A DNA stretch of 32,000 nucleotides, taken from the NCBI RefSeq assembly GCF_000341395.1, contig NC_020304.1, positions 2,220,001 through 2,252,000 of the forward strand, given 5' to 3'. The notes below the pieces were generated by a model. It made no database searches. It saw only the letters and a list, made by a program, of their open reading frames with translations, and was not told the DNA's origin. Below are positions 8,829 through 18,306 of this stretch, piece after piece (positions within the stretch are counted from its first letter, which is position 1; the number at the start of each line of letters is the position of its first letter). This stretch comes from Desulfocapsa sulfexigens DSM 10523 (GTDB taxonomy: Bacteria > Desulfobacterota > Desulfobulbia > Desulfobulbales > Desulfocapsaceae). The position numbers and the translations under genes are program-made.

Positions 8829-9659
8829 ATGAATCCCCATGCCCAATATCCTACCTCATTGGCAGCAATGTGGCGCTCTGTGTATTCTAATCGAAGCTTG
8901 GTCCGGCAATTGATTGGGCGAGAAATAGCAGGACGATATCGTGGATCGGTTCTGGGTATAGCCTGGTCTTTTTTTCAGCCCTTGCTGATGCTGGCTGTGT
9001 ATACCTTTGTTTTTTCCATGGTATTACAAACGACCTGGAGAGGAGAAGTGGGTGATGGAAAGGTAAATTTTGCAATCATTCTTTTTTCAGGATTGATAGT
9101 GTATGGTCTTTTTGCTGAGTGCATCAATCGAGCGCCAACCCTCATTCTTTCCAATGTTAACTTGGTGAAACGAGTTGTTTTTCCGTTGGAAGTTCTTCCG
9201 GTGGTGATGCTTGGAGTAGCAATTTTCAATCTAATAGTTGGGCTTCTTATTCTCTTTGGAGCAATACTGCTTTTCGGTCTGGATTTTCATGGGAGCTCTC
9301 TCTATCTCCCCCTTGTACTTTCGCCTCTTCTTCTGATGACTTTGGGCCTCTCCTTGCTTCTGGCTGCGGCAGGCGTCTACTTGAGGGACTTGGGACACGT
9401 CGTGGTGGTTGTGACAACCATCCTTCTTTTTCTTTCCCCGGTTTTTTATTCAATATCTGCCGTACCTGAGAAAATACGATTTGTGATCTACTTAAACCCC
9501 CTGACGTTTATCATTGAACAGGTTCGAGCTGTGCTCATCTGGGGCAGGACACCCGACTGGCTTTGGTTGACGGTCTATGGCGGATGCAGCCTGCTTGTCG
9601 CCTGGCTGGGGTTCTCGCTGTTTCAGTGGACACGAAAGGGGTTTTCAGATGTCCTCTAG
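8829..9659 (+). CDS. wzm: ABC-2 type polysaccharide export permease (Wzm-like)
   Basis: 276 aa; LVRQLIGREIAGRYRGSVLGIAWSFFQPLLMLAVYTFVF and SPVFYSISAVPEKIRFVIYLNPLTFIIEQVR are characteristic. Adjacent to and overlapping wzt. Confidence 0.92.
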   Translation: MNPHAQYPTSLAAMWRSVYSNRSLVRQLIGREIAGRYRGSVLGIAWSFFQPLLMLAVYTFVFSMVLQTTWRGEVGDGKVNFAIILFSGLIVYGLFAECINRAPTLILSNVNLVKRVVFPLEVLPVVMLGVAIFNLIVGLLILFGAILLFGLDFHGSSLYLPLVLSPLLLMTLGLSLLLAAAGVYLRDLGHVVVVVTTILLFLSPVFYSISAVPEKIRFVIYLNPLTFIIEQVRAVLIWGRTPDWLWLTVYGGCSLLVAWLGFSLFQWTRKGFSDVL

Positions 9660-11028
9660 TTCTTCATCTCTGATAGTAGCGCTGGTCAGTAAGTCGTATC
9701 ATATTTATAAAAAGCCTGTAGATCGCCTGAAACAGCTACTACTCTCTCCCCTGTACGAAGTTTGTCTTAAAAGACGAGTAAAGCAGTATTTTACAGAGTT
9801 TCATGCGCTGAGTGATGTCTCTTTTAAGGCTGCTCGAGGTGAAACCATCGGTATCATCGGGGCTAACGGAGCCGGGAAATCTACTTTACTCCAAATCATT
9901 TCAGGAACCCTGTCGCCAACCTCTGGAACTGTTGAGGTGAATGGTCGAGTTGCAGCGCTTCTGGAACTCGGTTCGAGTTTTGATCCAGAGTTTACCGGTA
10001 TTGAAAATGTCTATCTTTATGGAGCCATACTGGGGCTGGATAGAAGAGAAATGACAAAGCGTCTGGATAAAATATGCAAATACGCAGATATTGGTGAGTA
10101 TTTTCACCAGCCGGTGAAAATGTATTCCAGCGGTATGGTTATGCGTTTAGCCTTTGCTGTTATTGTCCATGTTGATGCAGATATTCTTATTATTGATGAG
10201 GCTCTGACGGTTGGCGATGCATTCTTTGTCCAGAAGTGCATGCGGTTTTTGCGGGATTTTAGAAAAAACGGAACCGTGCTCTTTGTCAGTCACGATGCGG
10301 CTGCGGTGGTGAGTCTCTGCTCTCATGTCATATGGTTACAGGATGGAAGAATAAAAATGCAGGGCAGTCCAAAACTTGTATCTGAGGCATACCTGGAAAT
10401 GCAGGTGATGAAGTCCCAAAATATTTCCGAAGAGCAAATGAACCGTCAACCATCTCTTGGAGACAGAACTTCGGAAAGTCAAAAACAGCAAGAGCAGGCA
10501 AGGGACATGCGTCTGGACTTTATCAATAGAAGCAATTTAAGAAATGATATAGAATTGTTTCAATTTCAGCCGGATTCTCTTTCTTTTGGTCAACGAATGG
10601 CCAGTATTGTGAATGTTAGCATGACAGATGAAGCAGGCTGTGTGCTACGCTGGGTCGTGGGAGGGGAAAAAGTGAAGCTTTGCATTGGATGTGAGGCGCA
10701 TGAAATACTTAAGAATCCAATTGTCGGTTTTTATGTGAAGGATCGTTTAGGACAGTATCTCTTTGGGGATAATACGTTTTTGACCTATGAAGACAAGGCC
10801 TTGGAAATAGCAGCTGGAGAGTCTTTTTACGCCCGCTTTAGCTTTCGTATGCCTCTGCTGCCAGTCGGAGAGTACAGCATTTCACCTGCAATTGCCGTGG
10901 GGACACAGGATGAACACCTGACTCAGCATTGGCTCCATGATGCACTTGTGTTCAAGTCTCATGCCAGTTCAGTGGTGAACAGCCTGGTTGGTATTCCCAT
11001 GACCTCAATAGAAATCATTGTGCAGTGA
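9649..11028 (+). CDS. wzt: ABC transporter ATPase for polysaccharide export (Wzt-like) with C-terminal extension
   Basis: Walker A GANGAGKST; signature YSSGMVMRLAFA; Walker B ILIIDEALTVGD; C-terminal beta-rich extension consistent with a Wzt_C substrate-recognition domain. ORF track starts at 9577, but ATG at 9649 (MSSSSSSLIVALVSKSYHIYKKP) fits the conserved N-terminus and gives the usual short overlap with wzm. Confidence 0.92.
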   Translation: MSSSSSSLIVALVSKSYHIYKKPVDRLKQLLLSPLYEVCLKRRVKQYFTEFHALSDVSFKAARGETIGIIGANGAGKSTLLQIISGTLSPTSGTVEVNGRVAALLELGSSFDPEFTGIENVYLYGAILGLDRREMTKRLDKICKYADIGEYFHQPVKMYSSGMVMRLAFAVIVHVDADILIIDEALTVGDAFFVQKCMRFLRDFRKNGTVLFVSHDAAAVVSLCSHVIWLQDGRIKMQGSPKLVSEAYLEMQVMKSQNISEEQMNRQPSLGDRTSESQKQQEQARDMRLDFINRSNLRNDIELFQFQPDSLSFGQRMASIVNVSMTDEAGCVLRWVVGGEKVKLCIGCEAHEILKNPIVGFYVKDRLGQYLFGDNTFLTYEDKALEIAAGESFYARFSFRMPLLPVGEYSISPAIAVGTQDEHLTQHWLHDALVFKSHASSVVNSLVGIPMTSIEIIVQ

Positions 11029-12853
11029 TATTTCTTTCCCATATCTCATTACCATCTATATTGACCAGTGGATGATAATTTTCTGAAACATAGTTAAACA
11101 GAAGTGGCAGCCGTTCTTCATTGGTTATTTCGTCTATGTTGTTAGCCCAGTGTCGGTTTCTATAGAGAATAAACCGTATGTTCTGCCGACCTATACTTTC
11201 TATGAAAATTTTCTGGTTTTTTTGTGACAAGGCAAACCACACCAGAGGAAATCGGGTTGGACAGGCCTGGTCAATAAAATAGTACCATGACGCTTCATTG
11301 GTCAGTGTTATGAATTTTTCATCGCCTGTAAGATTTGTTGTGAGAAAGGAGATGGTGCTCTTATATTCGGGAGGGATGAATTCACTGTCTTTCGTATAAA
11401 TAGGAAAGTTATCGGTGATACTTTTGATGGAAGAGATGTTGATCAAGGTACTTATGGAGTAAAGTCCTGCTGTCAATATAATTAATAGTGTGATGCGCTT
11501 ATACCATAGTGCATTGATATGCCGGTCAATATAGTAGTGTATTGCTATATAGAGAAAGGCAAGGATTGGAAAAAGTGAGCTGTATGCAAGGTGTTCGTCA
11601 TCCGATCGGCCAAGAGCATTTCTAAAGCAGAAAACAGCGACAAGAAAAAGGACAATTGCGTTGAAATATTTCCTCCAAAAGACAAGAAAGTGTAGGACGT
11701 ACTGTTTTTTTGTCACAAGAGTGCAGAGAAGGCGGGTGGCCAGCCAGTAACAGATGCTGCTGAGTAAGAGGAGTATGGTCAAATAACGGGGAGTAAATAC
11801 CGGAAAAAGAAGCCCGTCGGCAAACTCTTTTGTCTTTGGAATATGAACAAAAACAAATTGCACAAAATCGCTGACAGCACCCTGGAGTAATATGGTTAGC
11901 GAGAGCATTCCGACCAGCACTCCAAGAAATGAATAGCGGACAAAAAGACTTCTCCAGGGAGTTTTTCTAAAGAAACCCAAAAAGAGGACGGGGCAAAGCA
12001 GGATGTAGAGTGCAGTTATATAAAAGGCTCTATCAATTGTAATACCAAAGCTTACAATAGGCATGTAGGCAAGTAAAAAACTCAGGATGGATATGGTGAG
12101 GTAGGAGTATCTTTTTGGCGGTAAGCCCGGGACAGCAGTGAGAAGTATCAAGTAGGAAAAGCTGATAAGGTCTCTTGGCAGGACTATAAATGTTTCTTTT
12201 GGAATGACCAGGAACATGATAAAAAACGTCAGAAGTGCCCATGTCCCATTGTTGTTGAAGAGGCGGAGAATGAGTAAGCCTAAACATACAAAAGAGAGCA
12301 CTTTGATAAGAGAGGTCAGTGCCCTGGTAGCACCTATGGATTTCCCGAAAAGTTCCATGGCAATGATAGAGCGAAGGGGATCATGAAACACACCATGGGA
12401 AAAGAGCACATCTCTATAGGGAACCTTGCCCTCTTGTAGAGACATGGCGGCTCCCAGAGTCTCTCCTTCGTGGAAGGTGTCAAAGGTTCCACTTGCGTGG
12501 TAAGTTGGAGTGGCCAGGGAAAGCAGGAGGCTCGTAATGACTATAAACCAGGGGAGGTGTTTTGTTTGCTGTCGTTTGGTCAGGCTACTTCTTGTCCGGA
12601 AGGTATTTTCTTTTCTGATCAGGAATGAGCTGATGAATACTAGCACTGGTGGGAAGGCCATAAAGAGGGCAAAACGCAAGATGTCATTGTTAGGATTCAA
12701 GCCTGCCAGACTGAGAGGGCCAATGATATTGTCGGGGTTGTGGAAGGGGAGAAGAATTTTATTCCATAGATAGAGTCCAAATCCTGTACTCAAAACAAAG
12801 AGAGTGAAGAAGTAGAGAACTCTAAAACAACAGTTGTTTTTATTTGGCATCAT
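11015..12853 (-). CDS. Polytopic membrane protein, putative GT-C-like or polysaccharide-assembly protein
   Basis: 612 aa with many hydrophobic segments and a TFDTFHEGETLGAAMSLQEGKVPYRDVLFSHGVFHD motif region. Converges with wzt, tail overlap of 14 bp. Confidence 0.55.
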   Translation of the reverse strand: MMPNKNNCCFRVLYFFTLFVLSTGFGLYLWNKILLPFHNPDNIIGPLSLAGLNPNNDILRFALFMAFPPVLVFISSFLIRKENTFRTRSSLTKRQQTKHLPWFIVITSLLLSLATPTYHASGTFDTFHEGETLGAAMSLQEGKVPYRDVLFSHGVFHDPLRSIIAMELFGKSIGATRALTSLIKVLSFVCLGLLILRLFNNNGTWALLTFFIMFLVIPKETFIVLPRDLISFSYLILLTAVPGLPPKRYSYLTISILSFLLAYMPIVSFGITIDRAFYITALYILLCPVLFLGFFRKTPWRSLFVRYSFLGVLVGMLSLTILLQGAVSDFVQFVFVHIPKTKEFADGLLFPVFTPRYLTILLLLSSICYWLATRLLCTLVTKKQYVLHFLVFWRKYFNAIVLFLVAVFCFRNALGRSDDEHLAYSSLFPILAFLYIAIHYYIDRHINALWYKRITLLIILTAGLYSISTLINISSIKSITDNFPIYTKDSEFIPPEYKSTISFLTTNLTGDEKFITLTNEASWYYFIDQACPTRFPLVWFALSQKNQKIFIESIGRQNIRFILYRNRHWANNIDEITNEERLPLLFNYVSENYHPLVNIDGNEIWERNITAQ

Positions 12854-12925
12854 ATCGTAGGGCTATGGTTCTTCCTGTGAAGGTGGCTTTGACTAATAAT
12901 AAACGATTTTCCTGTAGATACCACC

Positions 12926-14053
12926 ATGAAACGTATTCTTTTTATTTCATCTAATATCCATACTCCATGGGGAGGAAGTGAACTTCTCTGGTACAAGACC
13001 GCAGTTTTTCTTGCATCACAGGAACCAGATGTTGAGGTTGTTGTGGTTGCAAGGAAATGGCCTCATATTCCACCCCATATCCAGGAAATTGCAGACGCCG
13101 GTGGCCGTATTTGTGATTTGCCTCTTCCTCCAACGACATCCATGGAATATTTGAAGGGGAAATTCCGACCATCGATTGAGATGCAAAAGAAAATGCTGTT
13201 ACAAAAGATTTCACCGGATCTTCTCTTGCACTCCATGGGAAAGAGTTTTGAGGGGGGGGACTGGATGCAGAGCGCCCATGAACTGTCCGTTCCCTATGTC
13301 AACCTTGTTCATCTTGCTTCTGATCTACAGTGGCCTGATGATGGTGAAGTGGATCTGTATCGAAAGGGGTATGACCAAGCTCGTGTGAATTTTTTTGTTT
13401 CGGAAGGAAACAGAGGGATTGTTTGCAAGCAGCTAGGGATGAATATTGTAAATTCTGCCATCGTCAGAAATCCGATTTCCGTAGCAAGAGAGATCCTCTC
13501 CTATCCAGAAACGAAACAGGGATACAATCTGGCGTTACCGGCGACGCTGGTCCCAATCCATAAGGGGCATGATATCTTGTTTGAGGTTCTTGCGCAGTCA
13601 AAATGGAAGCAGCGTCCACTTCATCTGAATCTCTATGGAACTGGGAATTATAGCAAGTCATTACAGTACTATAGTCAGTATCTGGGCTTGAAGAATATCC
13701 ACTTCAGGGGCTATTCAAAAAATATTGCAGAAGTATGGGCGAAAAATCATCTCCTGGTGATGAGTTCGAGGATGGAAGGCTTACCGTTAACACTTATAGA
13801 GGCAATGTCCTGTGGTCGATTGGCTGTTGTGACAGGGGTGGCAGGGAAGGAGTGTGTTCAGGATGGTGAAACTGGCTTTGTTGCAAAGGCTGCTCATCCC
13901 GAGTTTATAGATGAAGCTCTGGAGAGGGCCTGGCAGAAGAGGGCGCAGTGGCAGGAAATGGGAAGCCTTGCTGCCGAGCGAGTGCGAGAGCTTATACCCT
14001 TTGATCCCGTCGAGGCATTTGCTCATACCTTGTTGCAACTTGTGCAGGACTGA
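12926..14053 (+). CDS. Glycosyltransferase, GT4-like
   Basis: 375 aa; N-terminal NIHTPWGGSELLWYKTAVFL, C-terminal MSSRMEGLPLTLIEAMSCGRLAVVTGVAGKECVQDGETGFVA (EX7E-type motif). Confidence 0.88.
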   Translation: MKRILFISSNIHTPWGGSELLWYKTAVFLASQEPDVEVVVVARKWPHIPPHIQEIADAGGRICDLPLPPTTSMEYLKGKFRPSIEMQKKMLLQKISPDLLLHSMGKSFEGGDWMQSAHELSVPYVNLVHLASDLQWPDDGEVDLYRKGYDQARVNFFVSEGNRGIVCKQLGMNIVNSAIVRNPISVAREILSYPETKQGYNLALPATLVPIHKGHDILFEVLAQSKWKQRPLHLNLYGTGNYSKSLQYYSQYLGLKNIHFRGYSKNIAEVWAKNHLLVMSSRMEGLPLTLIEAMSCGRLAVVTGVAGKECVQDGETGFVAKAAHPEFIDEALERAWQKRAQWQEMGSLAAERVRELIPFDPVEAFAHTLLQLVQD

Positions 14054-14099
14054 CTTTAGTCCTCCTTTTTCTTATGGTTTATTTGGCAACAGTGGACTG

Positions 14100-15695
14100 T
14101 TATTTTCTCTTATCCTGTTCAGCCAGTAGACAGTGAATATCGTGTCGAATTGTTTTGCTCATCTGTAGATACGAATCACCGCTGATGCAATGAACAATAT
14201 ATTTTTTTAGACGGCTTGGGTTCTGTTTTTGCATGCCTTTTAATTGCTTCCAAAATTGTACCCTGTGGGGCGCTATGACACCATGTAACCATGCATGATG
14301 AAAAAATGTGACAAGCTCACAGAGCTGTCTTTTCAGAGGAGGGCTTGTTGTCTTTGCAGGATTGTCTTCATGAGGGGTACCGTTCTTTGCAGCTATGGCT
14401 TTACGAGTTGGACGTATACCAAGACAGAATTTGTAGGTCCTCTCCAAAAAACGGGAAGGGTTGTAGAGGTATTCCCACATTTCAATAAATTCCTCCATTA
14501 TCTCCTCTAATGGTCTGCTTGGGATAAAGTTGGGTAGATTAAAATATGTTTCACTTGTATTTAATGCGATGAGTTTGTCGAATAAACGATCTTCTTTTTG
14601 CAATCGCTCCTCGAGTCTAGTACCTGGGGGAGCGCTGAGAATGTTGGGCATAATGATCGGGATGCTGGTTTGATCAACAAAATCACAGATCCGTTTCCCC
14701 GCTCCTTTTTTTTCGTTGTCAAATCCAATGATAAAGCTACCAATGATTGAAAGTCCGTTTCGTTTAATATTTTCGATGGATTCCACAAGTGGATTGATGA
14801 CATTTTGATGCTTTTCATTTGCCGTCAGTATATCCTCGTCTGGAGATTCAATTCCGATAAATATATCCCCAAAGTTTGCAGCGGTCAGCAGGTCTATCAT
14901 CTCCATGTCTTGTCCCAGGTTTACAGATGCCTGGGTTGTGAAACCAAAGGGCTGGTGGCGTTTTCTGTTCCATTTGATCAGTTCCTGGCAGATGGCCTTT
15001 GCATTCTTTTTGTTGGCGATAAAATTATCATCTGCAATTGTAATATGACCCCTGGCTCCAAGTTGATACAGGTATTCCAGTTCTGCGATAACTTGATCAG
15101 GACTTTTAAAACGGGGCTGCTTGCCGTATAAACCTGCAATGTCACAGAATTCACAACTGAATGGACACCCTCTGGTTGTCTGTATTAAGAAATGGTAGTA
15201 GTCGTCAAGATTGATGAGGTCATAACGAGGCAGGGGGGTGTTGTTTAAGTCAGGCTTTTCGTTGTTGCGAATGACTTGACCACTTTTTCTGGATTGGATG
15301 GCATCAACCAGGGAAGTGATGTTGTTTTCTGCTTCTCCACAGACCACGATATCACAACCAATTGTAATGAGTTCATCAGCCATGAGTGTCGGGTAGGGGC
15401 CTCCCGCGACGGTGACTTTTGCTCTTTTTTTTGCTTCTTCAATTAGGGGCTGGAAACTTTTTCTCTGCACTATCATGCCTGATATCATGATTATGTCAGC
15501 CCATTGCCACTCTTTTTCAGTTACTTCTCTGACATTTAAATCAACAAACTTGATATCCCATTCTTTTGGTAAAAGTGCGGCAACTGTGATTGGTCCGAGA
15601 GGAGCATATAAGGCCTTTGCTGTAGAAAATCGTATTGCTTGAGGAAAACTCCAGAAAGAAAATGGTAATTCTGGGTATATGAGTAAGATATTCAT
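14100..15695 (-). CDS. B12-binding radical SAM protein (HpnP/DUF4070-like class)
   Basis: 531 aa; radical SAM cluster GCPFSCEFCDIAGLYGKQPR (CxxxCxxC), N-terminal Rossmann-like cobalamin-binding layout (PLGPITVAALLP...VDLNVREV...VTVAGGPYPTL), DDNFIANKKNAK and IFIGIESPDEDILTANEKHQN. Confidence 0.85.
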   Translation of the reverse strand: MNILLIYPELPFSFWSFPQAIRFSTAKALYAPLGPITVAALLPKEWDIKFVDLNVREVTEKEWQWADIIMISGMIVQRKSFQPLIEEAKKRAKVTVAGGPYPTLMADELITIGCDIVVCGEAENNITSLVDAIQSRKSGQVIRNNEKPDLNNTPLPRYDLINLDDYYHFLIQTTRGCPFSCEFCDIAGLYGKQPRFKSPDQVIAELEYLYQLGARGHITIADDNFIANKKNAKAICQELIKWNRKRHQPFGFTTQASVNLGQDMEMIDLLTAANFGDIFIGIESPDEDILTANEKHQNVINPLVESIENIKRNGLSIIGSFIIGFDNEKKGAGKRICDFVDQTSIPIIMPNILSAPPGTRLEERLQKEDRLFDKLIALNTSETYFNLPNFIPSRPLEEIMEEFIEMWEYLYNPSRFLERTYKFCLGIRPTRKAIAAKNGTPHEDNPAKTTSPPLKRQLCELVTFFHHAWLHGVIAPHRVQFWKQLKGMQKQNPSRLKKYIVHCISGDSYLQMSKTIRHDIHCLLAEQDKRK

Positions 15696-15916
15696 GGGGA
15701 AACTCCTGATTGAATCACTAGAGATTGGCTTATTAGCTCCCTGGGCAAGTTGAGTCTTTACAGATTACAAACATACTATATACTATATATTATGACATTT
15801 TTTTGGATCAATGAATTTTTCAAAGGTGTAGTAAGCTGATATAAATAATATTCAATACTGTGTGAACATACACCTGACTGTGAAGTAGTTGTTATATGTA
15901 ATGTATCATACATTCT

Positions 15917-17164
15917 TTGGAGTTTCTGTTTTTGTCTGATAAAAAGTTGCCAAATACCGCTTATATTCTACTCTGGTTTCCTAAGCCATCTGAAACATTT
16001 GTTTTCAGTGAGGTGGAAAATTTATTAAAACTTGGGTTGCCAGTGTCTGTCTACACTTTGTATGGGAGATTAGAAAAAGACCTGTCTTCTGATATGCAAT
16101 CGTATCAAGGAAAAATCCTCAGGTTGGGTGTATGGTGGGGAATTGCTCTGCCGATATTCATTTTTTATTGGTTTTTGAGATCTCCCGTTAAGACGACCAT
16201 GCTTATTGTTCGGATTGTATTAAGAAGATGGAAAGGAGTAGAGAAAACAGCAGAGAATGTATGGGCATGTTTCTGTGCCTTCTATCTGGCATATCGTTTT
16301 GAAAAAGATCAGATCAAACATATTCATGCTCCCTGGGCCTGTGGCTGTGCGACGGCTGCCTGGCTTGCTTCCCGATTAACGGGTATTCCCTTCAGTTTTG
16401 CCATGCATGCCTGGGATATCTATCCCCCTGACAGCCTGATCCAAGAAAAAACAAGGGATGCTTTGTTTGTTAGGAGTGTGACGCAATATAATATTGAATA
16501 TTTACGAAAACTTACTGCTTGCTCTGAAGATAAGTTTCACCTTATTTACATTGGTGTTCCCATGAGTCAGGTAAAAGCAAGACATGTTTCCATGGAACCG
16601 CCATATCAATTGTTAGCCGTTGGACGTTTGGTTGGTAAAAAAGGCTATGAATTTCTTTTACGTGCCTGCGGAGTATTGAAGGCCAATGCGATAGATTTCC
16701 ACTTGAATATTGTCGGTGATGGTTTGTATCTTAACCAATTGCAACGACTCTGTGCATCGCTCGAACTAGAATCTGTTGTGACGTTTCATGGGTTTCAACC
16801 CTATGAAAAAATGCCAACTTTTTTTCAGGAAGCGGACATTTTCATAATGCCGTGTGTTGTCCATTCTTCCGGGGACCGTGATGGTATCCCAACTGTTTTG
16901 ATGGAGGCTCTTCTTCATTATGTTCCGGTTATCACTACTTCGGTTTCCGGGATCCCTGAACTCATTGAAGACGGTGTCTCAGGTGTGCTTGTGCCGGAAA
17001 AAGATCCCAATGCAATAGTCGACGCCGTAACCCTGCTTATAACAGAAAAACAAAAAGCGTGGGATATGGCGGACAGGGGAAACCGGAAAGTGTTGGAATT
17101 GTTCAATGCAGAGAAAAACCATAAAAAAATACTTGATCTTTACAATTCCTACCTGTTGAACTAA
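15917..17164 (+). CDS. Glycosyltransferase, GT4-like (WcaL/AmsK-type N-terminus)
   Basis: 415 aa; FPKPSETFVFSEVENLLKLGLPVSVYTL, AVGRLVGKKGYEFLLRA, ALLHYVPVITTSVSGIPELIEDGVSGVLVPEKDP. Exact start uncertain. Confidence 0.88.
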   Translation: MEFLFLSDKKLPNTAYILLWFPKPSETFVFSEVENLLKLGLPVSVYTLYGRLEKDLSSDMQSYQGKILRLGVWWGIALPIFIFYWFLRSPVKTTMLIVRIVLRRWKGVEKTAENVWACFCAFYLAYRFEKDQIKHIHAPWACGCATAAWLASRLTGIPFSFAMHAWDIYPPDSLIQEKTRDALFVRSVTQYNIEYLRKLTACSEDKFHLIYIGVPMSQVKARHVSMEPPYQLLAVGRLVGKKGYEFLLRACGVLKANAIDFHLNIVGDGLYLNQLQRLCASLELESVVTFHGFQPYEKMPTFFQEADIFIMPCVVHSSGDRDGIPTVLMEALLHYVPVITTSVSGIPELIEDGVSGVLVPEKDPNAIVDAVTLLITEKQKAWDMADRGNRKVLELFNAEKNHKKILDLYNSYLLN

Positions 17165-17181
17165 CAGATTGTTAAGGATGT

Positions 17182-18279
17182 TTGTCTTTTCACATGAATG
17201 ATATTTCCCCTCCATATAAACTCGTTATTGTTCTTCAGGATCTGGAATTCGGTGGTACCCAGCGGTATGCTATAAACCTTTTGCAATATATAGACAGAAG
17301 TTTGTTTGACCCGGAACTCTGGGTGCTTCGGGGTGGTATGGATATGGCCCCACTTGCCAAACAGACAGGAGTTCAGATACGATGGTTCTCAAAAGGCAGC
17401 AGAGTTACCCCATTAGCTCTGTATCATTTTTTTCGATGTCTTGCTCGTAACAGACCTACTATTCTCTATCCTTTGACAGTTGTTCCTAATATCTGGGCAA
17501 GAATTTTTGGGACCCTTTTGAGGGTGCCGGTACTTATTTCGAGTTATCGGAATTTATATGCAAACCAGTATGAACGTCTGCTTTGGCCTTTGTCCACTCA
17601 TATTATCTGCAACGCAGAGGCAATACGAGAAAAACTGGTAAAAAAGCACAGAGTGAAAAGGAGTAGGATTTCAGTCGTTTCCAATGGCGTGGATACAGAG
17701 TTCTTTGTTCCCGACTCTGCAAAACAATCAATTCCTTTGACAATTCTGTACGCCGGACGGCTGGTTTATCAGAAAGATCCTCTGACTTTGCTTAAGGCCT
17801 TTGTGCGTATTAAAGAGGCAAGACCCGAGGTAAGGTTGCTGGTAGTGGGTAATGGAGATTTGCGTTGTGAACTTCTGCAATTTATCAAACATCATTCCCT
17901 TGAAGAACATGTTTCTTTGATCGGGGGGACAGTGGATATCAAAAAGTATATGCAGAAAGCCAGGATCTTTCTTCTTTCCTCTCTTTATGAAGGATCGCCA
18001 AATATACTTATTGAAGCTATGGCTTGTGGTTTGCCGGTAGTTGCCACTCGAACAAGTGGAATCCCAGAGCTCATTGAGCACGGGAGGAATGGTTATCTGG
18101 TTTTACCTGGTGATTCAAAAACTATGGCTAAACAGGCAATTCATCTCCTTTCTGATAGTCATTTATGGGAAACTATGTCAACACAGGCACGAATCAAGGT
18201 GCTTACAAACCATAAACTGAAAGAATGTGTTCGACTGACGGAAAAGATCTTGCTGGCTCATCTCCCTGAACAGAAATGA
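17182..18279 (+). CDS. Glycosyltransferase, GT4-like
   Basis: 365 aa; LQDLEFGGTQRYAINLLQYI, ILYAGRLVYQKDPLTLLKAF, SSLYEGSPNILIEAMACGLPVVATRTSGIPELIEHGRNGYLV. Alternative start at MNDIS, 17194. Confidence 0.92.
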   Translation: MSFHMNDISPPYKLVIVLQDLEFGGTQRYAINLLQYIDRSLFDPELWVLRGGMDMAPLAKQTGVQIRWFSKGSRVTPLALYHFFRCLARNRPTILYPLTVVPNIWARIFGTLLRVPVLISSYRNLYANQYERLLWPLSTHIICNAEAIREKLVKKHRVKRSRISVVSNGVDTEFFVPDSAKQSIPLTILYAGRLVYQKDPLTLLKAFVRIKEARPEVRLLVVGNGDLRCELLQFIKHHSLEEHVSLIGGTVDIKKYMQKARIFLLSSLYEGSPNILIEAMACGLPVVATRTSGIPELIEHGRNGYLVLPGDSKTMAKQAIHLLSDSHLWETMSTQARIKVLTNHKLKECVRLTEKILLAHLPEQK

Positions 18280-18306
18280 CAATAAATTCTGCTGAAAAAC
18301 TGAGGT

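Noticed and set aside
9577-9648. Upstream-extended start of wzt giving MADAACLSPGWGSRCFSGHERGFQ
   Set aside because: This stretch overlaps wzm deeply and is not Wzt-like; ATG at 9649 aligns with the paralogue start at 31729.
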